From the NCBI GenBank assembly GCA_963842525.1, contig CAWJGT010000003.1, positions 672,001 through 736,000 on the forward strand: a stretch of 64,000 bases of DNA, given 5' to 3'. The notes beneath the pieces were generated by a model. It had not been told where the DNA came from. It did no database searches and was given only the letters and a program-made list of their open reading frames with translations. Each line of letters starts with the position of its first letter. Position 1 is the stretch's first letter. The position numbers and the translations under genes were made by a program. The DNA is from an uncultured Holophagales bacterium. Its GTDB lineage: Bacteria; Acidobacteriota; Thermoanaerobaculia; Multivoradales; UBA5704. This document shows, in pieces, positions 42,079 through 63,520 of the stretch.

Positions 42079-45000
42079 GCCATCCTCCCGCCGCCGAGCT
42101 CGATTCCCTGGAGAATGCCATCGCCGTCCTCGGCCTGGCCGGGCGCTTCCCGCAGGCTCGCACCCTCGACGAGCTCTGGGAGAACCTGCGCAACGGCGTC
42201 GAGTCGATCCGCGTCCTGACCGAACCGGAGCTGCTCGCCGCGGGCGTCCTCGCCTCGACCCTGCGCGACCCGAGCTACGTCCGCGCCGCGGGGGTGGTCG
42301 AGGGGATCGACCTCTTCGACGCTCCCTTCTTCGGCTTCAGCGCCCGCGAGGCGGCGTTCCTCGACCCACAGCAACGGCTGTTCCTGGAGTGCGCCTGGGA
42401 GGCCCTGGAGTCGGCCGGCTACGACGCGCTGCGCATCCCGGGCCCGGTGGGCGTCTACGGCGGCACCAGCGCGAACAGCTATTACCTCTTCTACCTCTTT
42501 TCGCGCGCCGACATGCTCAACTCGCCGTCGGCCGGCCAGAGCTTCCTGGGCGGGGACAAGGACTTCCTCTGCACCCGGACCAGCTACAAGCTGGGCCTGC
42601 GGGGTCCCAGTCTCGGCGTCCAGACCGCCTGCTCGACCTCGCTCGTCGCGGTCCACCTGGCCTGCCAGAGCCTGCTCAATGGCGAGTGCGACATGGCGAT
42701 CGCGGGCGGCGCCTCGCTCAGGGTCCCGCAGACGACCGGCTATTTCTGGCAGCCCGGCGGCATCCTGGCGGCGGACGGCCATTGCCGCGCCTTCGACGCC
42801 GAGGCCGGCGGCTCGGTCCCGGGCAGCGGCGTAGGCGTTGTGGTCCTGAAGCGCCTGGAGGACGCTCTCGCCGACGGCGACACGGTGCGGGCGGTGATCC
42901 GCGGCTCGGCGATCAACAACGACGGAGCCCTGCGGGTCGGCTTCACCGCACCCAGTGTCGAAGGGCAGGCCGCTGTCATCGCCGAGGCCCTAGCTCTCGC
43001 CCGGGTCGACCCGGCGACCATCGGCTACGTCGAGGCCCACGGCAGCGGCACTCCCTTGGGCGATCCGATCGAGATGGCTGCGCTCACCCGCGCCTTCGAG
43101 AGCGACCGCACGCGCCGTGGCGCCTGCGCCGTGGGCTCGATCAAGACCAACCTCGGCCACCTGGACGCGGCGGCAGGCATCACCGGCCTGATCAAGGCCG
43201 TTCTGGCGCTGGAGCATCGCGAGATCCCACCCAGCCTGCATTTCCGGACGCCGAACCCGAACGCCGGCTTCGCGGACAGCCCGTTCTACGTCAACACCCA
43301 GCTCCAGGAGTGGACGACGGACGGCGCTCCGCGGCGGGCGGGCGTCAGCTCGTTCGGCATGGGCGGGACGAACGCGCACGTGGTCCTGGAAGAGGCCCCG
43401 GAGCCCGAGCCTTCAGGGGTGTCCTCCGGGGCGCGCCCCTGGCAGCTCCTCCTCCTCTCGGCGGTGACCCGCACGGCCCTGGAGGCCGCCACGGACAACC
43501 TGACCGCGCACCTGGAGAAGCACTCCGGGCAGCCTTTCGCGGATGTCGCGTACACGCTCCAGGCCGGCCGCCGCGTCTTCGCCTATCGGCGGGCCCTTGT
43601 CTGTAGGGACGGAGAGGATACGCGACGGGCCCTGGCGGAGCGCGATCCCGCGCGGCTGCTGGAGGGCTTCGAGGAGCGGACGGACCGCACCGTCGCCTTC
43701 CTTCTCCCTGGCCTTGGGGATCAGTACGACGGCATGGCGCGCGGCCTCTACGAGGGCGAGCCCGTCTTCCGCGACGAGGTGGACCGATGTTGCGAGATCC
43801 TGCGGCCGATCCTGGGGATGGATCTGCGGGAGGTGCTGTTCGCGGGAGGGGAGGAGGGAGACGGGGACGGTCCCGACCTCCGTGCCCTCCTCGGCCGGAG
43901 GAAGGAAACCGGCCGCTCCGACCGCACCGCGATCGCTCAGCCGGCCCTGTTCGTCGTCGAGGTCGCCCTGGCGCGGCTCCTCCGGGAGTGGGGGATCGAG
44001 CCGCGGGCTCTCCTCGGCTACAGCCTGGGCGAGTACGTGGCCGCCCACCTCGCGGGTGTGATGACCCTGGAAGACGCCCTGCGGGTCGTGGCACTTCGCG
44101 CGCGGCTGATCGAGGAGCTGCCCGGCCGGCGCCATGCTGGCCGTGCCGCTGTCCGAGGCCGAGGCCGCCGGTCTGCTCGGCGAGGAGCTGTCCATCGCCG
44201 CGGTGAACGGCCCGGAGCTGTGCGTGGTGGCCGGTCCGGTCGACGCGGTGGCGACGCTGGAGCGGCAGCTCGGGGAGCGCGGCTTGTCCGTACGGCGCCT
44301 CGCGACCTCGCACGCCTTCCACTCGAAGATGATGACACCGGTGGCCGCTGCCTTCGAGCGGGTGCTGCGGGAGGTCGACCTCCGCGCCCCTGAGATGCCC
44401 TACATCTCGAATGTGACCGGCACCTGGATCACGCCGGCCGAGGCCACCGATCCGGCGTACTGGGTGCGCCACCTTCTGGAGCCGGTGCGCTTCGGCGCCG
44501 GGCTGGCGGAGCTGGGGCGCGAGGCCGGGCGGGTGCTGCTGGAAGTCGGCCCCGGCCAGAGCCTGAGCAGCCTGTCTCTCCAGAGGGTGTTTCGAGATCC
44601 TCCCCCTGGGAGCGCCGACGCTCCCAGGGAGGAGGGACGGACCGCTCTTCCGACCCTGCGGCCGTCCTGGGAGCGGCGGCCGGACCAAGCCTTCCTCTTG
44701 GGCACCCTCGGCCGCCTCTGGCTCGCGGGTGTTTCGGTCGACTGGGCCGGCTTCGCGAAGGAGGAACGCCGGCGGCGCGTTCCGCTGCCGACCTATCCCT
44801 TCGAGCGGAAACGGTACTGGATTGAGAGTCCGGTCTCCGAGGTATCCGAGGCCGTGGGACCTCACCCCCGGCCCCTCTCCCATCTCCCTTCCACCCGCCC
44901 GCCGGGAGAGGGGGGAGCGCTGACCGACAGCTCCCAGGCTTTCCAAGGTCTTTCTCCCCTCTCCCGGGGAGGGGAAGGGTGGGAGATGGGAGAGGGGCCG

Positions 45001-48000
45001 GGGGTGAGGTCCATCGCCACCACCACCCACGGCCGTCCCGGGCTCGCCACGCCCTACGTCGCTCCCACGACTCCGACCGAGGCGGCGTTGGCCGAGGTCT
45101 GGCAGGAGCTGCTGGGTGTCGCGCCGGTGGGCATCCATGACAGCTTTTTCGACCTCGGCGGCCACTCGCTGATGGCGTCGCAGCTCGTGGCCCGCCTCTC
45201 CGCGCGCTTCGGCGCCGAGGTGCCGCTCGTTGCGCTCTTCGAGGCCCCGACCGTCGCGGCGCTCGCCGTGCGGCTTCACGGCGCGCCGGAGGCTCAGCTC
45301 GAGACAGCCCTGCCGCGCCGGCCTCAGCGGGATCGCGCTCCGCTCTCCTTCGCCCAGCAGCGCCTCTGGTTCGTGCACCACCTCGCGCCCGAGAGCAGCG
45401 CCTACAACAACCCGGTCGCGATGCGCCTGCGCGGCCCGCTCGATCTTGCGGCGCTGACCGAAGCCCTGGCCGAGATCGAGCGGCGGCACGAGGTCCTGCG
45501 CACCCGCTTCCCCGTCGAGGACGGCGAGCCGGTGCAGCTCATCGAGGACCCGAGGCCGGTCGAGCTTCAGCGGATCGACCTCTCGCATCTGGCAGGGGAG
45601 GAAGGCGAGGCCGCGGCCCGGAGCGCCCTCTGGAGCTTCGTCGAGCCTCCCTTCGACCTCGCCCGCCGGCCGCCCGTGCGCCACCTGCTGGCCCGGCTTA
45701 CGGAGGAGGACCCGGAAGAAGACCACCTCTTCGTCACCGCCATGCACCACATCCTGTGGGACGAGTGGTCGCAGGGGATCTTCGTGCGCGAGCTCGCCAC
45801 CCTCTACGAGGCGTTCCGCGACGGCCAACCCTCGCCGCTCCCCGAGCTGCCGATCCAGTACGGCGACTGGGCCCTGTGGCAGCGCGAGCACCTGCAAGGT
45901 GAGGTCCTGGAAGAGCACCTGTCGTATTGGCGGGCGCGGCTCGACGGCGCGCCGCGCCTGCTCGCCCTGCCCACCGACCGGCCGCGCCCGCCGGTCCAGA
46001 CCTTCCGCGGCGCGACCCGCGCCTTCGCCGTCTCCGAGGAGCTGCAGCGGAGCCTCCATGCAGTCTCCCAACGACAGGGCTCCACCCTCTTCATGACCCT
46101 CCTGGCGACGTTCCAGGCCCTCCTCGGCCGCTATGCGGGCCAGGAGGACGTGGTCGTCAGCACCGGCACCGGCGGTCGCGACCGGGTCGAGGCCGAGAGT
46201 CTGATCGGCTGTTTCATCAACATCCTCCTGCTGCGCGCCGACCTCGGCGGCGGCGTCTCGTTCGACGAGCTCCTGGCGCGCACCCGCGAGAGCACCCTCG
46301 GCGCTTTCGCCCACCAGGACGTCCCCTTCGAGCTGCTGGTCGACGCTCTGCAGATCGAACGCGACCCGAGCACCACGCCGTTCGCCCAGGCCATGCTCGT
46401 CCTGCTCAACGTGCCGCCCGTGGACCTGGAGCTGCGCGGATTGGAGGTCAAGGGGGTGAGGATCGACCGCCAGGTCTCGCAATTCGACCTTGTCCTCTAC
46501 CTCACGGAAGAAGGGGGCCGGCTCGGTGGCCAGCTCGAATACAACGTCGACCTCTTCGACGAGGCCACGGTCGACCGCCTGCTCGGTCACTACCGCAACC
46601 TGATGGAGCGGGCCGCCGCCGACCCTGGCCGCCGGATCGCGGAGATCTCGTTGCTCTCCGAGGCCGAGCGGCGGCAGGCGGTCGAGGAGTGGAACGCCAC
46701 CGCTGAGGCCTTCCCGCGCGATGCCTGCCTGCACGAGCTGTTCGACGCCTGGGCGGACAAACAGCCCGAGGCCACGGGGCTGATCTTCGGCGACGAGCCC
46801 TTCACCTACGCCGAGCTGAGCCGCCGGGCGAACCGCCTGGCCCACCACCTGATGAGGCTCGGCGTCCGCCGGGGCGACCGCGTGGGCGTCTCCCTGGAGC
46901 ACGCGCCCGAGGTGGTGGTCTCCCTGCTCGCCGTGCTCAAGGCGGGCGGCGCCTACATGCCGCTCGACCCCGGGTACCCGCAGGAGCGGCTCGCCGCCAT
47001 GCTGGAGGAAGCCGGTCTGAGCGCCCTCCTCACGCAGAAACGCCTGGCACCTCGTTTTTCTGACGTCCCGACGGTGCTCGTTGATCAGGATTTCGCCGGC
47101 GCAGGAGACGAAAGCCCGCGGACCGGCGTGGGGCCGGAGGACATGGTCTACATGATCTTCACCTCCGGATCGACCGGCCGTCCCAAGGGCGTGCTGCTCG
47201 ACCATCGCGGCCGGGTCAACAACTTCACCGATTTCAACCGCCGCTTCCGCATCGGACCGGGCGACGCCGTGCTCGCCCTTTCGTCGCTGAGCTTCGACAT
47301 GTCGGCCTACGATGTCCTGGGCACCCTCGCGGGAGGCGGCACGATCGTCCTGCCGCGCCTCGAGGAGCTGCGGGAGCCGTCGCGCTGGGCCGGACTGATG
47401 ACCCGCCATCGGGTCACGATCTGGCACTCCGTCCCGGCCATGCTGGAGATGCTGGTGGACAGCCTGGAGCCGCGGCCCGAGGCGGCGCCGCGCTCCCTCC
47501 GCCTGGTCCTCCTGGGCGGCGACTGGATCCCGGTGACGCTGCCGGACCGCCTGCGCGCGCTCGTTCCGGAAGCCGAGGTGATCAGCCTGGGCGGCGCCAC
47601 CGAGGTCTCGATGGATTCGACGATCTTTTCCGTCAGCGCGATCGATCCGGCCTGGAAGAGCATTCCCTACGGCGTGCCCATGGCCAACCAACTCGCCTAC
47701 ATTCTTGGGCCGGACGGCGGCCCCAACCCGGCCGGCGTGGCGGGCGAGCTCTGCCTGGGCGGCGTGGGGGTCGGCGCCGGCTATTTCGGCCGGCCGGAGC
47801 TGACGGCGGCGAAATTCGTGCCCGATCCGTTCGGGTCGGGCGACCGCCTCTACCGCACGGGCGACCTGGCGCGCTGGCGGTCGGACGGCGTCCTGGAGCT
47901 GCTCGGCCGCATGGACTTCCAGGTCAAGGTCCGCGGCTTCCGCATCGAGCCCGGGGAGATCGTGAGCGCCCTGCGCCAGCACCCGGCCGTGGACGACGTC

Positions 48001-48569
48001 GTGGTCCTGGCGCGGGAGGACCAGCCGGGCGCGAAACGTCTGGTGGCCTACCTGGTGCCGGCCCCGGGAGTTGCGGTCGACGTGGACGAGGTGCGGGAGC
48101 TGGCGCGGCGCCTGCTGCCGGGCTACATGGTCCCGTCGGCGTTCGTGGTGATGGAGACCCTGCCGCTCACGCCCAACCGCAAGCTGGACCGCAAGGCCCT
48201 GCCGGTGCCGGAAGAAGCCGCGACCGAGCGCGAGCTGGTGCCGCCGCGCACCGCCCTGGAGCAGGTCCTGGCGGGGATCTGGCGCGACGTCCTGCGGGTT
48301 CCTGACGTGGGCGCCTTCGATCACTTCTTCGACCTGGGCGGGCATTCGCTGGCAGCCACCCGGGTGGTGACGCAGATCCAGGAGGTCTTCCTGCTGGAGG
48401 TGCCCCTGCGCCTGCTGTTCGAGTCGCCGGTGCTCGCCGAGCTGGCGGCCCGTCTGGAGGACCTGGCGGCGCGCGAGGGCGTGGACGCCGCCGGCATCGC
48501 CGAGGTGCTGGCGGACATCCAGGAGCTGCCCGAGGAGGAGGTGCATGCGCTGCTCGCGGAGGAGCCCGG

Positions 48570-48573
<4 letters not shown>
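42075..48573 (+). CDS. Hybrid PKS-NRPS: KS-AT-ACP-C-A-PCP; frameshift near 44125
   Basis: QTACSTS, EAHGSGT, NLGH (KS); GYSLGE, HAFHS (AT); GGHSL twice; HHILWDEWS (C); [23 protein letters not shown] (A). Confidence 0.95.
44599..44635. repeat. In-frame REP-like hairpin inside the AT domain coding region
   Basis: CCCTGGGAGCG-CCGA-CGCTCCCAGGG. Confidence 0.65.
44857..45012. repeat. In-frame palindromic element (CCCTCTCCC family) in the AT-ACP linker
   Basis: Perfect 32-bp terminal inverted repeats (44857-44888 / 44981-45012); 156 bp = 52 codons. Confidence 0.9.
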
Positions 48574-58929
<10,356 letters not shown>

Positions 58930-58933
<4 letters not shown>

Positions 58934-58990
58934 AGCTCCTGGTCGCCAGCCTCACCTTCCGCCCCCTCGCGGAGACCGTGCGCGACACCT
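58930..58990 (+). pseudogene. Remnant of an NAD-dependent epimerase/reductase gene (start fused to the C-terminal motif)
   Basis: GTG overlaps the NRPS stop; MKLLV joined to ASLTFRPLAETVRDT, resembling the C-terminal GLTFRPLxETVRDT motif of extended SDRs. Confidence 0.5.
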
Positions 58991-59003
58991 TTGAGGTCCG
59001 GGC

Positions 59004-59344
59004 TCAGCCCGGCAACAACTCCTCCAGGGCGAGGCGCGTCTTGGGGGGCAGTCGCTCCGCATCGAAGTAGCGGGTGACGACCTCCAGGGCCTCTTCGACG
59101 CTGGTCATGAGTCGTCTGGAACATCGGCCTGGGCGGCAACCCGACCGGCCGCCTGGCGTATTAATCCGGCGGGCCGGAAGTAGCCGTCCACATCGCGCGT
59201 CGCGTGCCGGGCGTCGAGGGCCAGGCACATCACCGCACCGCCCACCAGGTAGAGCTCGCCGTGCGTGTCCTCGGCGGCCAGCTCCGCGTTCAACAGATCG
59301 AACAACCGCAGCATGTCCGACCGGGTCAGGCGGGGGCCGGCCAT
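59004..59344 (-). pseudogene. Nucleotidyltransferase toxin-like gene (DUF6036/AbiEii-like) with internal deletion
   Basis: LYLVGGAVM...TRDVDG N-terminus, stop at 59105; C-terminus SVEEALEVVTRYF...LEELLPG in another frame. Confidence 0.72.
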
Positions 59345-59346
59345 CG

Positions 59347-59838
59347 TTACACGCGATCACCGATCGACGAGTCGATGAAGATGTTGCGGCGCTTGAAGGG
59401 GACTGGGGCCGTCCGCAGCAGGTGCAACCGCAGGCTCGCCAGGGGGGTGGCGAAGTGCGGGGTCGTCTCCAGAGGCTCGACATCGCGCACCCAGGCGGGG
59501 GGCGGTACGTCTCGCTGGTGGGCGGCTAGCTCCACCATGGCTGCCACATAGTTCCTGAGGTATGGGGTGAGCCCTGCCAGATCCGCGTGCTCCACGGCGC
59601 TGCACAGCTCTCCGGCAGCGAGGCCGGAAAGGAGGTCGTTGAGCTCCGCCAGCACGAAGCCGGGCTGGTCGTCGTCGCGCAACGCCTCCAAGAGCCGGGC
59701 GAACCGCATCCGGGCGTCGGGCAGTGCCCGGGACAGCACGTAGGCGGACATGTTCTACCCCGCCCTACGCGACAGGTACAGAATCTTTTTCTGGTCCGGC
59801 GCAATGCGGATCTGGAGCTGCGATGATCTGCTGGCCAT
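59347..59838 (-). pseudogene. Antitoxin-like protein (RHH/DUF1778-like N-terminus) with an in-frame TAG
   Basis: MASRSSQLQIRIAPDQKKIL...RAG-stop-NMSAYVLSRALP...PVPFKRRNIFID; directly upstream of the NTase gene. Confidence 0.65.
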
Positions 59839-60116
59839 GGACTCAGCGTCGCACACGGGCTAGGTGGCGTCAATACACTCGGATTGGCTGCACCGAGATG
59901 CGCTACCTGATAGAGCACTCTACGCAGTCGCGCGAGTGAAGGAGCGGCTCCCGGGGCCCCAGGCCGGACCGCTCCTCCGTCAACGCGTACATCGCTTGTC
60001 AAAGAACCCGTACTGCCAAATCCGCCACGGTGACCCTGCCTCGATGTGAATAAGATAGATGAAGTGTCTGGCATTGTCCAGATGCACTTGACAAACAGGC
60101 GACGCTAGTCCAACGT

Positions 60117-60494
60117 ATGCACATTCAGAGAGTGCACGGCGCCAATTCCGGCGCCGGATGCCTCCGCAAGGAGAGAAAGCCGTATCTGGCAGAGCCCGGC
60201 TCCCGCCTCAGCAACCTGCTCCAGCAGGCGAACGGCCTGAGCGCCGAGTACAGCGCCCTGACCGCGACCAAGCAGGACGTCGGGCAGAGGCTGCAGCAGA
60301 CGCTGCGGGAGGGAGACGCCCTGGCGGCCCTCCTGCGCAACGGGGCGCGCGAGCGCTTCGGCATCCGCAGTGAGCTGCTGGTCCAGTTCGGGCTGAAACC
60401 GTTCCGCGGCCGTCCCCGGCCGGCGGCGCCACCGTCGCCCGGGACGCCGGACCCGGAAACACCCGCTCCCTCTCCTTCTCCCGGGCCTGAGTAG
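60117..60494 (+). CDS. Small helical protein (SELLVQFGLKPFR), paralog 2 of the 30640 gene; native N-terminus probably deleted
   Basis: PYLAEP...SAEYSALTATKQDVGQRL...GARERFGIRSELLVQFGLKPFRGR aligns by eye with paralog 1; an AAGGAG sits directly before the homologous region with no start codon after it. Confidence 0.72.
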   Translation: MHIQRVHGANSGAGCLRKERKPYLAEPGSRLSNLLQQANGLSAEYSALTATKQDVGQRLQQTLREGDALAALLRNGARERFGIRSELLVQFGLKPFRGRPRPAAPPSPGTPDPETPAPSPSPGPE

Positions 60495-60508
60495 GAGCCC
60501 ACCACTCC

Positions 60509-60538
60509 AAGGGGCGTGCGGTCCGCGCGCCCCCTTTC
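60509..60538 (+). terminator. Intrinsic terminator-like hairpin
   Basis: GGGGCGTGCG-GTC-CGCGCGCCCC-CTTT; stem starts GGGGCGTG as at 31053. Confidence 0.65.
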
Positions 60539-60591
60539 CTATCCCCGCAGGAACAACAATGAACCAGTGAGAAGGGCATCCGGTGCGGGTC

Positions 60592-60875
60592 GGAAGGCTT
60601 CGGAGCCGATCCGAAGCCCTGGAGAAACTTTTGGAAGGCTCCAGAAACTTTCCGAGGCCTTCCAGCAATTTTTCCAAGCGTCCAGAAGTTTTCTGGACGC
60701 CTTCCGATCCGATCCGAAGCCCTGGAAAAAATTTTGGAAGGCTCCAGAACTTTTTGGAAGGGCTGGAAAAACTTTTGGAGCCCTTCAGATTTTTTCGGAA
60801 GGCCTCCAGAACCGTCCGGAGGCCCGCCAAATCCTCTCGGAGCCCTCCTGGACTTCATTCCGACGCTTCGCCATC
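60592..60875. repeat. Array of about 13 degenerate 20-21-bp palindromic units
   Basis: gaagccctggagaaacttttg, gaggccttccagcaatttttc, gaagggctggaaaaacttttg and similar; CCTTCCAGAA / TTTTGGAAGG dyad. Confidence 0.85.
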
Positions 60876-60999
60876 GCCCCGAAAGACGGAAAAAGATGCC
60901 GCGGCCCATCAAGTCGAGTTCCCGGGCTGTAGACCAATTCCGGTCAGCGAACGCCACGGCCGGGCCGTCAGGTTCTGTCTCGGGCACTCGGCCCCGTCG

Positions 61000-61039
61000 T
61001 GTCATTCTGAGCGCAGCGAAGGATCTGGGGGAAGGGAGG
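61000..61039 (+). repeat. REP-like element, second copy
   Basis: tgtcattctgagcgcagcgaaggatctgggggaagggagg; matches 33621..33660. Confidence 0.75.
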
Positions 61040-61234
61040 TGTAGACGCCCGCCTTATTTCGTGACCGCCCCCTGAGTTTTTCCCGTCTTGCAGCGTGGTT
61101 GGATAGATTCGTCGGCGCGGTAGTGCGGGACGATCTTCCCTGTCGTGATCTCGGCAAGGCAAGCGAAGCCCGCCGGGCTCTCCTGCGGTCTTGGCGGACG
61201 GGGAAGATGCCCGACGGGCTTCCGAGAGGAGGCC

Positions 61235-62067
61235 ATGGTAAGCGTTGCTGGTTTGGGCTGCAAGCAGTATCGAGAGCGGATGGATGGAGGTGCGGTTCCT
61301 GAGTTGAGTTGCCCGGATCCGGAGTGTCTGACTCCGCTTCGGGGTCATGGCTGGTACAGCCGCTATCTGGGAGGAGAGCGGCAGCGGTTGCGTCGCGTGC
61401 GGTGTCCGCGTTTGTTACCGCTCACCTGAATCCGTAGAAATCTAATCACCTCGTCGCCCGGAGGGAGGGGTAGGGACCGCTGTTTGCGGCACGGCGAGCC
61501 CTGCGTGGGTCTGGGAGAATTTATCAATCTACCACATTCCTCCTCAGAAGTGAACATTGACCCCACTTAAATGCTGTTTTCACCCCCTTGCGGCCCTCTG
61601 CCACCACCGCGCTTCGCGCGGGATGATGCTGCTGCTCGATCTGATGATCAGATTTCTACGGATTCTGGTGATCGCCTACAGCGTTGCAGGGTCAGCCATG
61701 CGGTGTTGCCGGAGGATGTCTGCGCGTATCGCGATTTGACGTTTGGGGCCGTGGAGGCGGGCCTGGCCGCGGGGTCTCCCAGCGCGGGGGCGGAGGCTTC
61801 GGGGCAGATGGGCAGCCCGGGTGTGCGGCGGGTGCGCGGTTGGCTGCGCAGCGCGCAGGAGCCTTATGCCGCGAAGCTCCAGGGGCTTCTGGGACCGATC
61901 TCGGGTCCGTGTGGCGGGGGGTGCAGAAGGTGGTGGGCAAGGCGGCGGGTTGGCTGACGCAGTTGCGGCATTTTGTCTGGTCGAGCTTTCGGTACTTTCT
62001 CGGCGGGGTGAGCGGTCTTTTCCGCCACGGCCGGCCGGCTCCTCGGTCGCCCCGGGTCTCTCCATAG
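61235..62067 (+). pseudogene. DUF6431-like transposon-associated zinc-binding protein interrupted by a MITE
   Basis: GAGGAGG RBS; CPDPEC..LRGHGWYSR..RRVRCPR | CRVSHAVLP rejoin in frame when 61413-61685 is removed. Confidence 0.78.
61413..61680. mobile_element. 268-bp MITE with TGT...ACA ends and a 5-bp target duplication
   Basis: GCGTT at 61408-61412 and 61681-61685; ~36-bp imperfect terminal IRs sharing gaatccgtagaaatct. Confidence 0.9.
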
Positions 62068-62099
62068 TTTGGTAACTGGTCATCGGGAGGTTCCCAACT

Positions 62100-63511
62100 A
62101 AGTGCCAGCCGAATGTTAACCTTCTGAAGTGTCAATCGCACTTTCCCGTCTCGTTTTGGTGTGCAAACTGGTTGGTGAGTAGCATCTAAACCCGCCGCGA
62201 GGCTGTCGCTCACTCTTCGTGGGCGTTTTGGGCGGCTTGTACGACTTCTTTGGGGGTTGAAGGGTAAACCTCTCCCGATCCCGCGCGCAGGAAGTGGTCG
62301 GCGACCGGCTGTAAACTGCGAAGGCTGTCAGCGATCCAAAGGCCCCGAAAGCCTACCCGCTCACCCAGGGTAGGGCCGGCGGGAAGCTGCCTGCCGGGAA
62401 GACAACATCGCGCATCCCCGCCTTGAGCTTTTCCGCGGCTGTCCGGAAGGCGCCCAGGAATTCGCCATAGGCCCGGTAGAGCTCGAGACGGACCTTCTTG
62501 CTCGCAGCATGGAAGAGCGGAGCGGGCGACTTCTTGGGCTTGGCTGGCCGGTCGTGGCGCTTCTGGGCTCGGATCGCCTCGGGCCCGAGCACCGGCCGCC
62601 CCATGGCTTCCCGGACCTCCGCCGCCCGCGCCTCGATGCCGGCGACCAGGGCAGCGATCTGCTCCCGATATTGTTCCGGCGTGAGATGAGCCCAGCAGGG
62701 CAGGGGCTCAAGATGGAGGGTGTATTCGGTCGCGAAGTCGAGGTGGTGGAAGGACTCGCCCCTCTGGCGCGCGGCGTACTCGCGGGAGCGGTTGAACCAG
62801 TGGCCGACGAGGGGAGCACCGTCCAGCAGGGCGGGAATGACGCTGACGCCCGGCCAGTCCCGGAGCTTTTCCACAAGCCCTTCTTTGACCCCGTGGCTCA
62901 AAATGTACGCGAGACGCTCGATCTGGGCCTGAGGCTCGTCGCTGATCGGGATGGCCTGGAAGCGGCGGGACCAGAACTTCTCCCTCCAATCGGCCAGGCG
63001 CCCGGCTTCGCGGGCGAGGTTGGAGTTGAAGTGATTCATGAATGATGCGAGCTGGCGGGTGTCGGCGACCTGGAGGAGGAGGTGATAGTGCCCGGAGCAG
63101 AAGGCGAAGGCGACAAGGCGGACTGGGTAGAGCTCATGGGCGCGTCCAAGAGCACCGAGGATGATGTCGTTGAGCTCCGCTGAGGGAGCGAGCAGGAAGC
63201 GGCCGTGGACGGTCCGTGTGGTGACCTCGACGAGTCCGCTCCCCTCGGATGGCATGAAACGGAGTTTTCGGCTCATGCCCCTTAAAAAGACGTAAAACGG
63301 GTCGCGAATCTTGCATAACGAAGCAAAGTTCTTGTCGCGGACCGGGATTGAGCCCGAATTGTTGCTTAGACGTCAACAGAAGGACGTGCCTGATGGAAGG
63401 CCCGGAGGCTGTTCTATTCTGGTCCTGTTCGGCTGGCACTTCGGCCGCTTCGGCCGGCAGTCCTGTTCGGCTGGCACTTCTGCCGGCACTTCTGCCGGGC
63501 ACTTCCGCCGG
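62100..63511. mobile_element. RAYT unit bounded by inverted AAGTGCCAGCCGAA repeats
   Basis: AAGTGCCAGCCGAA at 62100-62113; reverse complement at 63428-63441 and 63466-63479, then ggcacttc reiterations. Confidence 0.6.
62353..63276 (-). CDS. REP-associated tyrosine transposase (RAYT, Y1 HUH family)
   Basis: EVTTRT, HYHLL HUH motif, KFWSRRF, YILSHGVKEGLV...DWPG. Confidence 0.88.
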   Translation of the reverse strand: MSRKLRFMPSEGSGLVEVTTRTVHGRFLLAPSAELNDIILGALGRAHELYPVRLVAFAFCSGHYHLLLQVADTRQLASFMNHFNSNLAREAGRLADWREKFWSRRFQAIPISDEPQAQIERLAYILSHGVKEGLVEKLRDWPGVSVIPALLDGAPLVGHWFNRSREYAARQRGESFHHLDFATEYTLHLEPLPCWAHLTPEQYREQIAALVAGIEARAAEVREAMGRPVLGPEAIRAQKRHDRPAKPKKSPAPLFHAASKKVRLELYRAYGEFLGAFRTAAEKLKAGMRDVVFPAGSFPPALPWVSG

Positions 63512-63520
63512 TGGGAGCCG

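Noticed and set aside
61413-61680. Tn7 or CAST element
   Set aside because: TGT...ACA ends and a 5-bp duplication fit, but there are no tns or cas genes and I saw no clear repeated TnsB-type sites.
62182-62190. Right end of the DUF6431 element (gcatctaaa versus left tgtagacgc)
   Set aside because: Short imperfect match, no target duplication, and it lies inside the RAYT-bounded unit.
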